A stretch of 64,000 nucleotides of DNA from Raillietiella orientalis (lineage: Eukaryota). A model generated the notes under the pieces. That model searched no databases, was not told where the DNA came from, and saw nothing but the letters and a program-made list of their open reading frames with translations. The stretch covers positions 496,001 to 560,000 of the forward strand of contig JAYWIR010000001.1 in assembly GCA_036172245.1 (NCBI GenBank), given 5' to 3'. This document shows positions 1 through 12,300 of this stretch, piece by piece. Position numbers and translations under genes: made by a program. Numbering within the stretch: position 1 is the stretch's first letter; each line of letters starts with the position of its first letter.

Positions 1-178
1 CGCTGAGGGAGCCGTCTCTGGAATTCACCCTGCGGTCGGTCGGTAGCCCGCTATCCGGTCTTTGCTGCTGTCGCTTTGTTCTCCCTCCTCCTCCTCCCTG
101 GAAACTCCTCGCAGGCGGAGGAGTGCAACCGGCTTCCTAGGGAAGACAACGAGATGGAGCCCTCTCTCTCTCCGCCAG

Positions 179-331
179 GTCTGCAGGTCGTGCTGAACTC
201 CATCCTTCGGGCCATGGTACCACTTTTGCACATAGCGCTGCTCGTGCTGTTCGTCATCATTATCTACGCCATCATTGGCCTGGAGCTGTTCAGCGGGAAG
301 CTGCACAAGACGTGCATCAACAACAAAACAG
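179..331 (+). CDS. Ca-alpha1D: Cav1 exon: IS4-S5 linker and IS5 ([21 protein letters not shown]...KTCINNKT)
   Basis: ccgccag acceptor, gtaagc donor, conserved Cav1 peptide. Confidence 0.95.
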
Positions 332-3300
332 GTAAGCCACCTCTTCGAACCGCACCCCATCCCCTCCCCTCGCCTTCCGCGAAGGCGCGCCGCGAGCGGA
401 CGGCGATGAGGTCCCACCGGCAGTTTGCTCTGCCGCTCCGAGCGGCCGTCCGGCGTCGTCGTCGTCTTCCCTTCGCATCTCTTCGACGGGAAACGTGCGC
501 AGGCGAGGTCCCACGAGGGCGCGCGCCGACCCAAATCCGGGAGAGAAACGAGGGCGACGAGGTGGGCGGCTGCTGAGGCAACCGGGTAGTCGCGGAAGCG
601 GCGCACCTTCCTGCCCCTTCTTCTGGTCCGGAAGACGCGACCAACGCACCTCTCCCGAGATTCGCGCGATCTGCTTCGAGGGGCAGCCTCGATGGGCTCC
701 GTCGGCGCTCGGCAGCCTCGTGACAAGTTTGCGCCCGGCCCCGTCGGTGCTGTGGCCTCTACCCGGATCCCCGCTGCCACAGCCAGCCTGCCTCGACCTC
801 CAGGGGAAAGCCCGCACCCAGCATAGACGGGCTGAGCCTCACGCGCAACGCGAGAGCTTAGGGGAGCTCGCCCCTCGGCTCGCAGGTAGGCGGCCTATGC
901 CATTCGGGCCAGGCAGACAGAGAGAGACGAAAGGCCGGAGGGGTCCCCGGAGACTACTTCCGCAGAAACTTCGCCTGCCGGAGGGTACCGACAGTTTCCC
1001 AGAACGAATACCAAATCTTGGGTTTCCTGGAGGCGTCCCCATCTGTCCAGGAGATCCCACTGCTTCACCGGGTTCGTGGCACATTGGATGTTCAATCGTC
1101 ACCACCACTTTACTCTTCGACAATCTCCCCACACAATGCATCTCGGTACACGGAGATTTTTTTGTCGCCAATACACCTGGAAAGACAGCTTTTTCCCCTC
1201 ATGTTTCTGAAAGACCTAGGGGGACCTTCAAATTACATAAGTAGCTTTCCCTCCCATCCCTCTCTCTCTTTACTACGCATCATCAACCCTAGGGCATCCA
1301 GTTCTGCTTCACAAACTCAAACTTCTGTAACGCTTACGTATCAGACCTACCATTTTCACGAAGTGAAGGGCTCTCAAGATGAATTCAACTCGCGTTTAAC
1401 CGTAGTTGCCGGCATGTAACGAGCAAAAACTCTCTGTCGATTCCCAGTGCGAACCCGCCTTTCTTAATCAAGATTAAGTACTAAAAATTAAGAGCATCCA
1501 TACCTCTTAAAGTTCACATCCATCTCACTGCATAAACCTACGACAAATGACATGTGAAAATGATCACGAACAGCCTATGCATGTCAGATCCCAAATTTAA
1601 AAACGGGCATTTCTGTCATACTGGCAACTTCCATGAACCCAACCCCCATTTTGTTAAAAACAAAATGTCCGCTCCAAACCACCTCTTGATCTTCAAACTT
1701 CAAAGTGTTCTCAAGTAACCAACGCAGAAAATATATTTAAGGAAAACAGTGGAAACAATTTAATAAAACTTTAAGACAGAAATTTTTAAGAAAAACAGTT
1801 TAATAAAATTTACCTTACACCTTCGATTAACTAGCATACACTTTCTACTCTTTTTTCTTTTTAATATACACATCCTTACTGTATTACAGATCAGTAATTA
1901 TTTATTCTCAAGCTAATCGTTTACGATTTCATATGTTTCAAGGCGTATTCTTCCAAAACTCTCCAGATGTTATTAGAAATCTTACATTGACTATCAAATA
2001 CGAAGCAGAATATTGAATTAACTAATGGTTATTTAATGAATGTACACACATAATGACTATAGTTATGATTAAAATATTTAATCAACTAATTGTTATTATA
2101 TATATATAATTAAATGCTTTAATTATAGCTATTAGTTGCTTAAATATTTTATTTTATATCTGCCATTTCATATAACATTTGTAAAATGAAATTTATTTCG
2201 CACCATGAACGTATGTATTGCAAGTTAAAATTTGATATTGCAAATGTTATATGAAATCACAGGCATAAAATGAGATATCTAAGCAACATAAGTTTTGATA
2301 TTACAAAGGTTATCAAAATTTATTTTGATAATCAGTTCATATTAAATATAGATATAACGTTTGTAATATCGAAACTTATGTTGCAGTATATACATACATT
2401 TAATGAAAGTGTATTTAATGAAAGTGTAATTAAAAATACAAAAATTAAAAACTAAGAATTTTCAAAGTTAATATCAACATCAATGCAACTTTCCACAGGT
2501 TTGTACGCCCTCTTAATTCAGTCCACTTGCATTATTATCTTTCAAATTTTAAAGATAAGATTTACGTACGACCGTACAAACCTTTGGCTGACTAGTTTCA
2601 ACATAAAACATGTATTTGGGGAATGAAAAAAAACTCGACCTCAGCCCACACTCAAGAATATTCCACCCGTTTAGCACCGACGGTAATAGGGTAATTTGTG
2701 TACCGAGAATCAAATAAAAGGGTTTTCTCGACAAAAGTACCATGTTCAGCACCAGCACCACTGATGAGGCAGTCAAAGATAAGCTGGGCAAAACCTATGG
2801 GTCCATGCTTCCCATTTATGATTCGCCTCCCTGATGGTTCCATCAGCGACGCTTTTCTTAGCACGAAACTTTCTTGGAACAACCGCGGATGCATCACCAT
2901 CAGTTCCTAGTTTGACCTGGATTCGAAATCGACTCGGTTTCCACATGTTCCCTTAGTCCTCCACCAGCGGCTAGGGAAAGAGGCAATCTCTTTGGCAACG
3001 GATCTGTCTTCCAGGAGAGCTCATGAACGACCCCCATCCGTGCGGAGATAGTGGGTACCACTGCGCGGACGATTTCCCTCCAGACTACGTCTGCAAAACC
3101 TACTGGGAAGGACCCAACTTCGGCATCACCATCTTCGACAACTTCGGTCTCTCCATGCTGACTGTCTTCCAATGTATTACCATGGAGGGGTGGACCGACG
3201 TGATGTACAGCGTGAGTTGCTTGCAGCCGCACGGCAACTGGCAGCGACCGAGGGTAGGGGGATCCTCTACTGACAACCCCCCTTCCACTAGGGCCTCCTA

Positions 3301-6300
3301 ACGTGGACCCTATTCTGACGCCTTTTCTTTTTGTGGGGAAGGAACCAGAGTGGGGTCGCGCGGAGATGGACCGCCTGCGTTTCCTCCTCCTCGCTGAGAA
3401 GCGAGACTGAAGTAAATCTATCTATTCGACTTGGCAGCCTTGCAGCTCCTCGGAAGCGATGCTTCCTCCTTTCGCCCCCCCCCCCCCACTCCCCACCGTG
3501 TGAGCAGCGAGCAGTGGCAGCAGGACACAATCGGGTCTTTTCCCGGTTGCGTCGTCGGTTTCCGGGTGCTGCCTACTGGCGTACCGGGAGTGCGAGCACC
3601 CCTCCCAGCCTTCGCTCCGCTATTTCACCATGGACTCGTTTCCGGCCGGTTGGCATGCCAACAGCTTGGCGAAACTGCTATGGGGGCGTGATCCCGGCGA
3701 CTGGATGTTGTAGTCGTCGATCCGAGTGTCAGTTGTCGAGCCGAGTGCTAGAAACAAAGCGGGCCTTCCCGAAATGCATCCTCTGAAGCTGTGTGTCTGC
3801 TAAACGATTTCCGGAAAAGCAAGCCGGTCGTAAAACATCCGTTAGTGCGCGTCTTTCCGGCTCGCAGGACCAAAAAACTCATTCGCTCTTCCCTTGCCAG
3901 CCCAAATGGAGATTTCGGGTTCGATTTTTCACGTTTACAAATCAGGGGAATATGAGAAACGGTGGTGTGTGCGTGCCCCTGTTGGAAAAGAAATGCTCGT
4001 GGGATGAATGCTTCAGCCTGCTTTGGTGATGGCCCCTCTTTCAGATGGGGATGCCCTTCAAACCGAGAACTTTCATTCTCGGCAGCGACCCCTAAAGCAC
4101 TCACGTCGCTACCAGGTCGCTCCCTTTTCTTTCTTTCTTTCTTTCTTTTTGGCGGGCGCTTGGCAAAAGTCAGAGGAGCGTTTCCAAGGGTGTTTTTCGC
4201 TCCCGTGCTGCCGCTGGCTTTCCTGCCTGCCCTCTTCCTGTCTTCCTGTGACGGTCACTCCGTCGCAGCCTTGCAAAAGCGGTGTCACGGTGCCCCGCAC
4301 GCCGCGCCTTCGCGCTCTCCGTGCCGTCGCTCATAGGTGCGGAAGATGAGATTTTTCCCTTCCTCTCCCCTGCTCTTCCTCCTCGTCCTCTTCCTTCTCC
4401 TCCCTTTTTTCTTCTCCTTTCCACCTTTCTCCCTTCCTCCTTTCCTCTTCGTATTCTTTCTTATCCTCTTTTCCTCCTTCTCCTTTCCAAGTTTTCTCCC
4501 TTCTTCCTTCTTCTTTCCACCTTCTCTCCAGTCCTCCTTCTCCCTCTTTCCTTCTCCTTTCCACCCTTCCTGCATTCCTCTTCCCTTCTACCTTTAGGTA
4601 GAAGGGAAGAGGAATTGACTTTGCCGGCTGCGCTCACGCCGCGGAGTCGACGTTTTCGACATCGTTCGGCTTTTCGTTCCTGTGGGGTCCTCCGTGGGCC
4701 ACTTCGGAGGGGGGCGCACTGAGAAAGAGCAGACAGTCAAGGTGGCCAGTGGGCACCAAGCGAACGCTTCCCTCGGCGCCTCTCTTGGCGCTTCCCGCAT
4801 GACTGCTCGCGGCTCGAGGGCGCATGAGCAGAGGAGCACCAGCGCCCGCGTGACTGCTCAGTGTCTCGGGTATCCAGCCAGCCAGCAAGAGGCAACTCTT
4901 TGGTCATTCCAGGTGAACGACGCCATAGGCAACGAGTGGCCCTGGATCTACTTCATCACCCTCATCATCCTGGGATCGTTCTTCGTGCTGAACCTGGTCC
5001 TTGGCGTGCTCAGCGGGTAAGCCTGCTCGTCGGGAAGAGTCCTTGTCCCGTCCGCGGCTCCGTCCGGGACGCCGCTCGAGGTCCTCTTCGCCGCTCCGAC
5101 CTGGATCAGAATCCGGACCTTTCGATTCCGGGGTCTTGGAGCTGCCCTCGGAGGTGGCTCCAGCGGAGAAGCCCAGATCACCCCTTCTCCTCCTTCCCTG
5201 GGGCCCCTTGCCGCCGCCGCACAGGACCCCACTCGTTCGAGGTCCAGTGACTTCCAGACTCTTTCGCGCCTGAGTGGTGCGGGCGCTTACCGCGCGGGCG
5301 GCGGCGGGGACTCTTCCCCCGACGCGCTCCTTCGGGGACCCCCGTCTTGCACCCGCTCTCTCCCTAGGGAATTCTCCAAGGAGAGGGAGAAGGCCAAGGC
5401 GAGAGGAGACTTCCAGAAGCTTCGGGAGAAGCAGCAGATCGAAGAGGACCTGCGAGGGTACCTGGACTGGATCACGCAGGCTGAGGACATCGAGCCGGAC
5501 CACGAGGACCGTGAGTTCTCGGCGTGACTCCTTGCGGGCGCCTCCGAAAGCTTCCGCCCACCAGCGCGCCCTTCGCTCTTCCGGGCGCTGCTGCTGCGGC
5601 AGTGGCGGCCGGGCAGGAGGGAAGCTTCCCGGGATCGAGGACGAACCCGTTCACCGACCTATTTTTTCTTCCTTTATGTCCTCTCTGCAGCCCGCTTCCG
5701 CCGGACAACACCCCACGCGCGACAGCAGAGGAAGGGACTCCTCCGTTTCCCTCTGCGATGCACGTGCTCAGTCTTTCCTTTTCGTCCTCGACCCTGCGAG
5801 TCCGTATTCCTGCCGCATTCCTTCTCCCAGCGTTTCCCGTCTCAAAAGGCGCAAGGGGGTTCTGTGCTCCTTTTTTTTACACCTCATCGATCCTGCTTCG
5901 CCCCCTTTTCGGCTCCCGGGCGCTTCTTGGTGAGCTTCACGTGTGGCGGGCGGCGGCGGCGGAGGGAGAAGGGGGGACCAAGCGAGCAGCCTCCTGTCCA
6001 GGAAGAGAAGGCACTCCCATTCTGGACCAGTTGCCAGCACCGACCGCCCCCTTCCCGCGAAGGTCTCCTGCTTGCCCTCAGGGCGCGTGCGCCGGGAGCC
6101 CGACCGCAGCAGCCGCAGCCCTGGTAGGGAGAGGAAGGCTCTCTCCTCTAGCTGGCCCTCGCGGAAACGTGATCGGGAGGGAGAGGGAGGAGGTTACCAA
6201 GGGAACGCGCGTGCCGCGCTTGTTGATGTCCTGCGGCAGATTTTCGCTGCCGCCTCCGCCTTTCCGTCCCATCGAGAGGACCGCCACTGCCTTAGTCGCT

Positions 6301-9300
6301 TTCGGCTCCGTACAAGTGCGCCGGTGGGGGTGTTCATTCGGGCAGCTGCCCGCTGGCGGGAGCCGGTTCTCGGGGCCGTTTCCACGGTAGGACGAGTCGG
6401 GCGGGGTCTTCTGGAAGCACGAGAGCTGACTGCACGGGGTCTTCCCGTTTCCAGGGCGAGTGTCCCGGGACATCAACTCAAACGCCGAAGCCGAGGTCTT
6501 CGCCAAGGTCGATGACGAAGACCAGGAGCCCTGGGTGACGAAACAGAAGCGGTTCGTGGAAAGGTAAGAAAAGAAGGGCTCGTCCACGTGGATGGCGGCA
6601 GCACCCTGGCACGGTGCCATGACAGCGTGCTCCGCGCTGGCCAGGCACATCCGCTCCGCACGCGAATCCGAGACGGATATGCTCCCCCCTCCTGGAGCGG
6701 ATCCACTCGATCCACTAGATGCTCGGAATTCACTGGAATCATCGGCTCTCAGTAGTTTCCGTTAAATCCACGAACAGATCCGTTGCATCCGCAAATGTCC
6801 ACTGGGATCCACTTGTTGATCTATTAGCCACTATACGTGTTAGCAATCGTTGCCCTGCAGCCTCGATTCTCGGTCCAGAACCTCCTCTTCGATCGTTCAA
6901 ATCCACACCGCGACCCCCACTTCCAAATCATTGAACAACCTCTGCATCGAATGACCCTCTGCAACGTCAGCGCGCCGGTTCGCGCGAGTGACCCGCTTCC
7001 TGACGCTGCTTCCCTGCGACGGGCCATAGTGCCGCCTCGCTCCACGCTGTCCGGCGCCTTCGGATTCCTGATGGTGACCGTGGCGGACTAGCCGCGTAGA
7101 GACACATCTCCCCTTAGAGCACCCTCTCACCTTCCTTCGAGTCCACCTTTGCGAATCCACCTCTCTCCCCTTGCTGAGGGGGAGGGGAGGCAGCGAACCT
7201 GATGGGCAGGGCATCCCTGGAACTTCTTTCCGTCTCCCGGTTTGCCTGCTCCCGAGGAAACCCCCGTGGCGCGCGGACGCCTGCAGGCTCCCATGCGCGC
7301 TTCTTCCCCCTTGAGAGTTGCCCTCCGTGTGGGTCCCGCGCATCGGTCCTGGGTAGAGGAAAGGAGGCAGGATTCGGAAGAGGGGGGAGCCGCTCGAGGA
7401 AAGGGAGGGGCATTCCTCCCTTCCAAACATCCTCCGTAGTCGTGGAGAAGCCACTCTGCTGAGCCACTCGGGTTCTTCTTGGGTGTCCGTCCGGCTCGGC
7501 GGACAGCTGACTTCCGGAGAACTGGGAAAGAGTGGAACCCGGACGCCAGCCAAACTCCCAGGGCTCCAGGGATCTCGGTATCGTCGACGGTGGCAGCCGT
7601 TTGCACCTCAGTGAAGTGTATCGGCGTCGCGCAGGCAAATTCCCGGAAACGATCGCCAGGAAACGAAAAGGAAGTATCGAGTGTGCAGGAAGTAGCGGGC
7701 GCAGATGCAAAAGATGCCTAGAATGCGGAAAGGAAGAGGAAGAGGGACTCTCTGATCCTCTAGAATTGGCTGCCCGACTGTCTCTGGACAGGATGAGGAA
7801 GCTGGAAGATCCGGAAGGAAGCAGCCTCATTTGCTCCAGCACCACGCCCCATGATCCCGGTTTTCCTACTGGTGACTGGATCCCTCCCAACACCTGCTTG
7901 GCCTCCTGTGGGCTCATCGAGGGTTCAGCCTCGAGCAACATGTTCGTCCAAGTTCCAGAAATGGAGGTCCTGCGGGTTCATCTCGAATAGTCCGGGGATG
8001 AGTATGTCTTTTTTCTTGGGGGCATGCAAGGAATCCAAGGGCAGACCTGACGGATAGAGCAGCTCGCTGCTGCAGCCTGCCTGAAGGGCGCGCCGCAGCA
8101 GCGAGCAGACAAGAACTCTTTGCGTGGTGACCGGGTGAACCGGATTCCTCACATGCTGCTGGCCGCTCTGGGTCGTCAGCAGCTTGTAGGCACATCAGGA
8201 CACGCAGGTTCCTAGTCCTGGTGACCTGGGTGACCGAGGAAGGGGATCGCTCGGAGCTCTTCGAATCGGCGCCGTTGGGACAGCTCGGTGACTTTCAGTG
8301 GGAGTGGAGCGTCAGCTCGCCTTCGGACGGCGGTTGCGGCGAACGTCCAAGGCGACGACCTTCGGGACGAACTCCAGGCGGCAGGACGAGACGGTGGAAG
8401 GATGGAGAGAGGATACGCGAGGGATCCGGGTTTCCTGTGGCGACGAGCTTGAGAAGAAAAGTCCCAGATCCCTGCAGAAGTACCAAACGCAAGGCCAGCC
8501 GGAATTGGACCGCGAACAAGAGCGGGCGACGAGGACGCGAAAATGGCGGAGATGTCGCCCTCTCTGCCGCCCCCCTCCCTTCGACTGTTCGAGCTCATCC
8601 GGTGGATCATCCACGACAGGCAGAATGCGTGCCCGTGTAACCGCATGGGGCCATCAAACGTCGTTGGAACCTATTGGCTGTGGCATCCGTGGATTCGCGC
8701 TGCATCTGGAGGCACGCTCTAGATCCCCCTCTCTCTTTTGAGGTCTATTCTTAGCTGAGCAGCATCTTTCATACCATCTTGCGAGAGAACAACCAGGAGC
8801 GGGATGAATTCGCGGTTCTCATCTGTCCCCTGTATCCCAACCGCCTTCACAGAAGAGTCCGAGCATCGCCTCAGAAGGAGCCGCCACCGTAGTGAATGCT
8901 TTCCCTCGAGGGATGCCTCCGAAAAAGTCTTCAGCGAGGAGAAATCCCGTCCTTCGTGGCCCTCGATCTTCACGAAGTCCTCCGCGGCCCAGCAGCCGCA
9001 ACGAACGCGGGACGCTCCCTCGCATCGGTTTCCAAACCACCAGTGGTCATGGACAAGATGCCTCTCCTCGGTGGTCCTCCTTGTGGGTCGGTTCCTGCGG
9101 CGGCTGGCCTCAGGGAGTGGAAAACCCAAGCTGGAAAGGCGCTTCCGCGTGTGGACAAAAACGTTGCGGCGCGATCAGAGTACGAAGGTGTTCAGCTCGA
9201 TAGTGCGGCTTCCTCTTGCCGTTTCGCCCGCTCCTTTGGGGTCCAATTCAGTCCACGTCCACGAGGAGGAGATTTGGAAACCACCAGCTCTCAAGGGTGG

Positions 9301-12300
9301 GCCACCCGTGCTCTGCGAAGGGGAGAAGACGCCAAGCCCAGAGGCCTGCCGGGCCGACCGTGCGGTGGGAGTCAAAAAAATAAGGGATGGATGGAGAGGA
9401 CACAGCAGCGGAGCACGCCGGAAGCTGAGTTCACTTCTGGTCTGACTTGGATCGGAAGTGAACTCAGCTTCCGGAGTGTGGGGCTATCGCTTCCATACTC
9501 TTCCCTAGTGGGGTGCCTTGTGGGTCGAATGAGGGGTGGGTGGATGACGCCTCCACGGGTGTTCCAAGAAAGATTTTTCTGGCTACAAGAACGTTGCTGA
9601 TGGAAGCATCAAGAAGGTGGGTCATAAACGGGGGCCCGTTAGTTTCGCCCGGCTTATCTTGGGCTGGCTTATCAGGGGCACCGGACCGAATATCTGCGTC
9701 GAAGAAAAACCCTTTTATTGCTGCTGTTTGCGGGATGTTGAGTTTCGAAGTCAGGGGAAGGGGCACTACGTAAGAAGCAAACCATCAGCAGTTTCACGAG
9801 AAGAGTCCCAGCGCAGCATTCCCAAACGTACTGTTCCTCCGTTGCGGAAACATCAGCTTCTCGGATAACGCACGATCCACACGCTCTCAATCTTCCCTCT
9901 CCTCCTTTCCTCCCCCCCACCCACCCCGTTTCCTTCCCTCCTTAATGGATCTTGGATCTCGTTCCAAACTTTCCAATGGCTTGCGCAACTTTGACGCATG
10001 AGAGGAGGAGGGCATTTTGGGGGGAAGCGCAAAAGTCGCGGGCAGGGAAACTGGATCCCGAGATTCCCGTACGGGAGCTCCCGGCGCCGTCCGGAAAACC
10101 TGCGCGCAGAGACCTTCGTCCGTCGTACCGAGTACGAGCGTCGTGGGTTCGAATCCCACCCGGGGGAAGAATGCACGCCGAGAACGGCGGGTGCGTCGTG
10201 AGTTTCACGTCCCCCCGCGAGATGGCGCCAGCAGACCATGGTTGACTTCGGGTGCGTCGGCACTGGCTGAAGCACCCGGAAACCGTCCGCCCCCGTCTAC
10301 TGACCGGGGCTAGGAAGCCGATCCTCCGGGATCCTTCCTGGAACCAAGGAGTCGATTCCCTCCAGGATTCCCCCTCCCGTTGCGGAAATGGAGCCGTCCC
10401 GCGGAGGTTGCCTCTCCAGAGTGTGGGGCGCTCGCTTCCACACTCTTCCCTTGTGGATGCCTTGTGGGTCGAATGAGGAAGAGGTGGTTCGCTTCGGGGT
10501 TCCCCTACCAAGCGTAAGACGAACGGACTCCTTCCTCCGGAGAACTGATGGATTTATAGGGTGGTATAACTTGAAGAATTACACGCACCTTCCGGTGGCG
10601 TGGACGATGCTTCAAGAGCTTCGTAAGCCCCCTCTAAGAAGAAGAAAAGTTTCCTTCATCACTCCTTGAGAAACAACAAAAGAAAAAGCCGAAAAAGGAA
10701 AAAGAAATCAAACATGCTGGAAACAAGGAAGCGAAAATAGAACCCAGAAGGATTTCCATCATGTGGACCTACCATTCTTGACAAACGATGAAAAGTTGTC
10801 CTGATCTTCAAGAGGGTGTTCTTCGCGGTTGTAAGGTTCGATCAGGGAATGAATAGAGGGAGTGGAAGACTATCGCAAGCATTCCTCTCTTTTTTTTCCT
10901 TTTCTCCTCCTTTCCTGATGGAAACAATATCTGAAAGCTGTCACCCGCTGTTTTATTAAATAATACTGCAAGGATAATCGAGTTAATCTGCCCGGACGAA
11001 AATGAGTGATGGCGGAGGGAAAGGCGGCAACACTGGCAAGAAGGCTCTCGCGCATTCGATTGGCGCTATAAATAATCCCGAGCGTAACCGGAAGTCGCCG
11101 ACGAGCTACCCGCAACGGAAGTTGCGATCGCGTCGATGGGTTTCCTTCGCAGCCGACCGCGGCTCGCATTTGACCGCATCGGTGGATAATCACTTGCGGC
11201 TGAAGAGACCCTCCGCGCTGCCGCCGGAGGGATCGGGAACGGGAGCGAGATGCTCAGCGTGGCTGGAGGGCCCTTTTTGGAGGGCCCTTTTTGCACATGG
11301 CTCAGCCCTCCGACGGAAGCGGGGAGAAGGAGGAAGTCCGTGGAAATTTCCCATGACGAACGCCTCCAGCCCCACGTGGACCAACTGGGGAAAGATGCAG
11401 CGTCGGATCCGGCGAACGGGTCGGTGAGCCAGCTGGTCGCGTGCACCGGCGCCTGCCCTACCCGGTGGCCTTCCCGACGGGTGTCGCGCGGCATCGCGGA
11501 CGGGAGTCGAAGTGCGCGCCAGGCTCCGGCCACTGGGCTGCCTGCCGACCAGCAGCCGACCGACCGACTTCGTTCGGTGAGGATGCCGGTGGCCACGTCG
11601 CGCCACGCGATGACGTCCGTCATGACGACATCGCGTCGGACCGCGCGAGTGCACCACGCGTCCGCCCGCTCCGCTCGACCGAGATCGCCACAGACGGACG
11701 AAACGCATCTCCGCACCTGCGCGAGGAACCACCGCGCGCTCCAGTGCAGCTGACCCCCCAGCGTGCGCCTCGATTCCCTCCGCCCGCTCCGCGGATCTTC
11801 CCGGGGGAGAGGCGAGGTCCAAGTGGCGCGGGGTTTCCTCCTCGACGCGCTTTCTTGCGCCGCTGCGAGCTCCCTTGGCCTTGGCGCCAACTCGCACTTG
11901 ACGCAAAGAGGCGGTGACTCCTCGCTTTCCTGCTGGGAATTCCCCGCCGTGGTTCCCGTCTCGCAGTGGAGAGGTTTCGCTAGGCGTGCAGAGTTTTTTC
12001 GCGGATCCCTCTTTCATCACTGGGAGGAACCTTACACGATCGCGATCCCAGGACCCTCTCCGGGTTTGCTTCAGATTCTCTCAAACCGAAAACTCCGAAA
12101 ATACACATATATACAGAGGTCTTTTATATGTACATAGATATACATGTATCCAGAGTTCTCTTATGCATATACATAGATATCCAAAGTTTTTTTGTATATA
12201 TATATATATATATATATATGTACATATTCAGAGTTTTTCCTATTTACATCTTTTTTTCTGTTTACATATACATAAATGTATATATATCCAGAGTTCTTTG

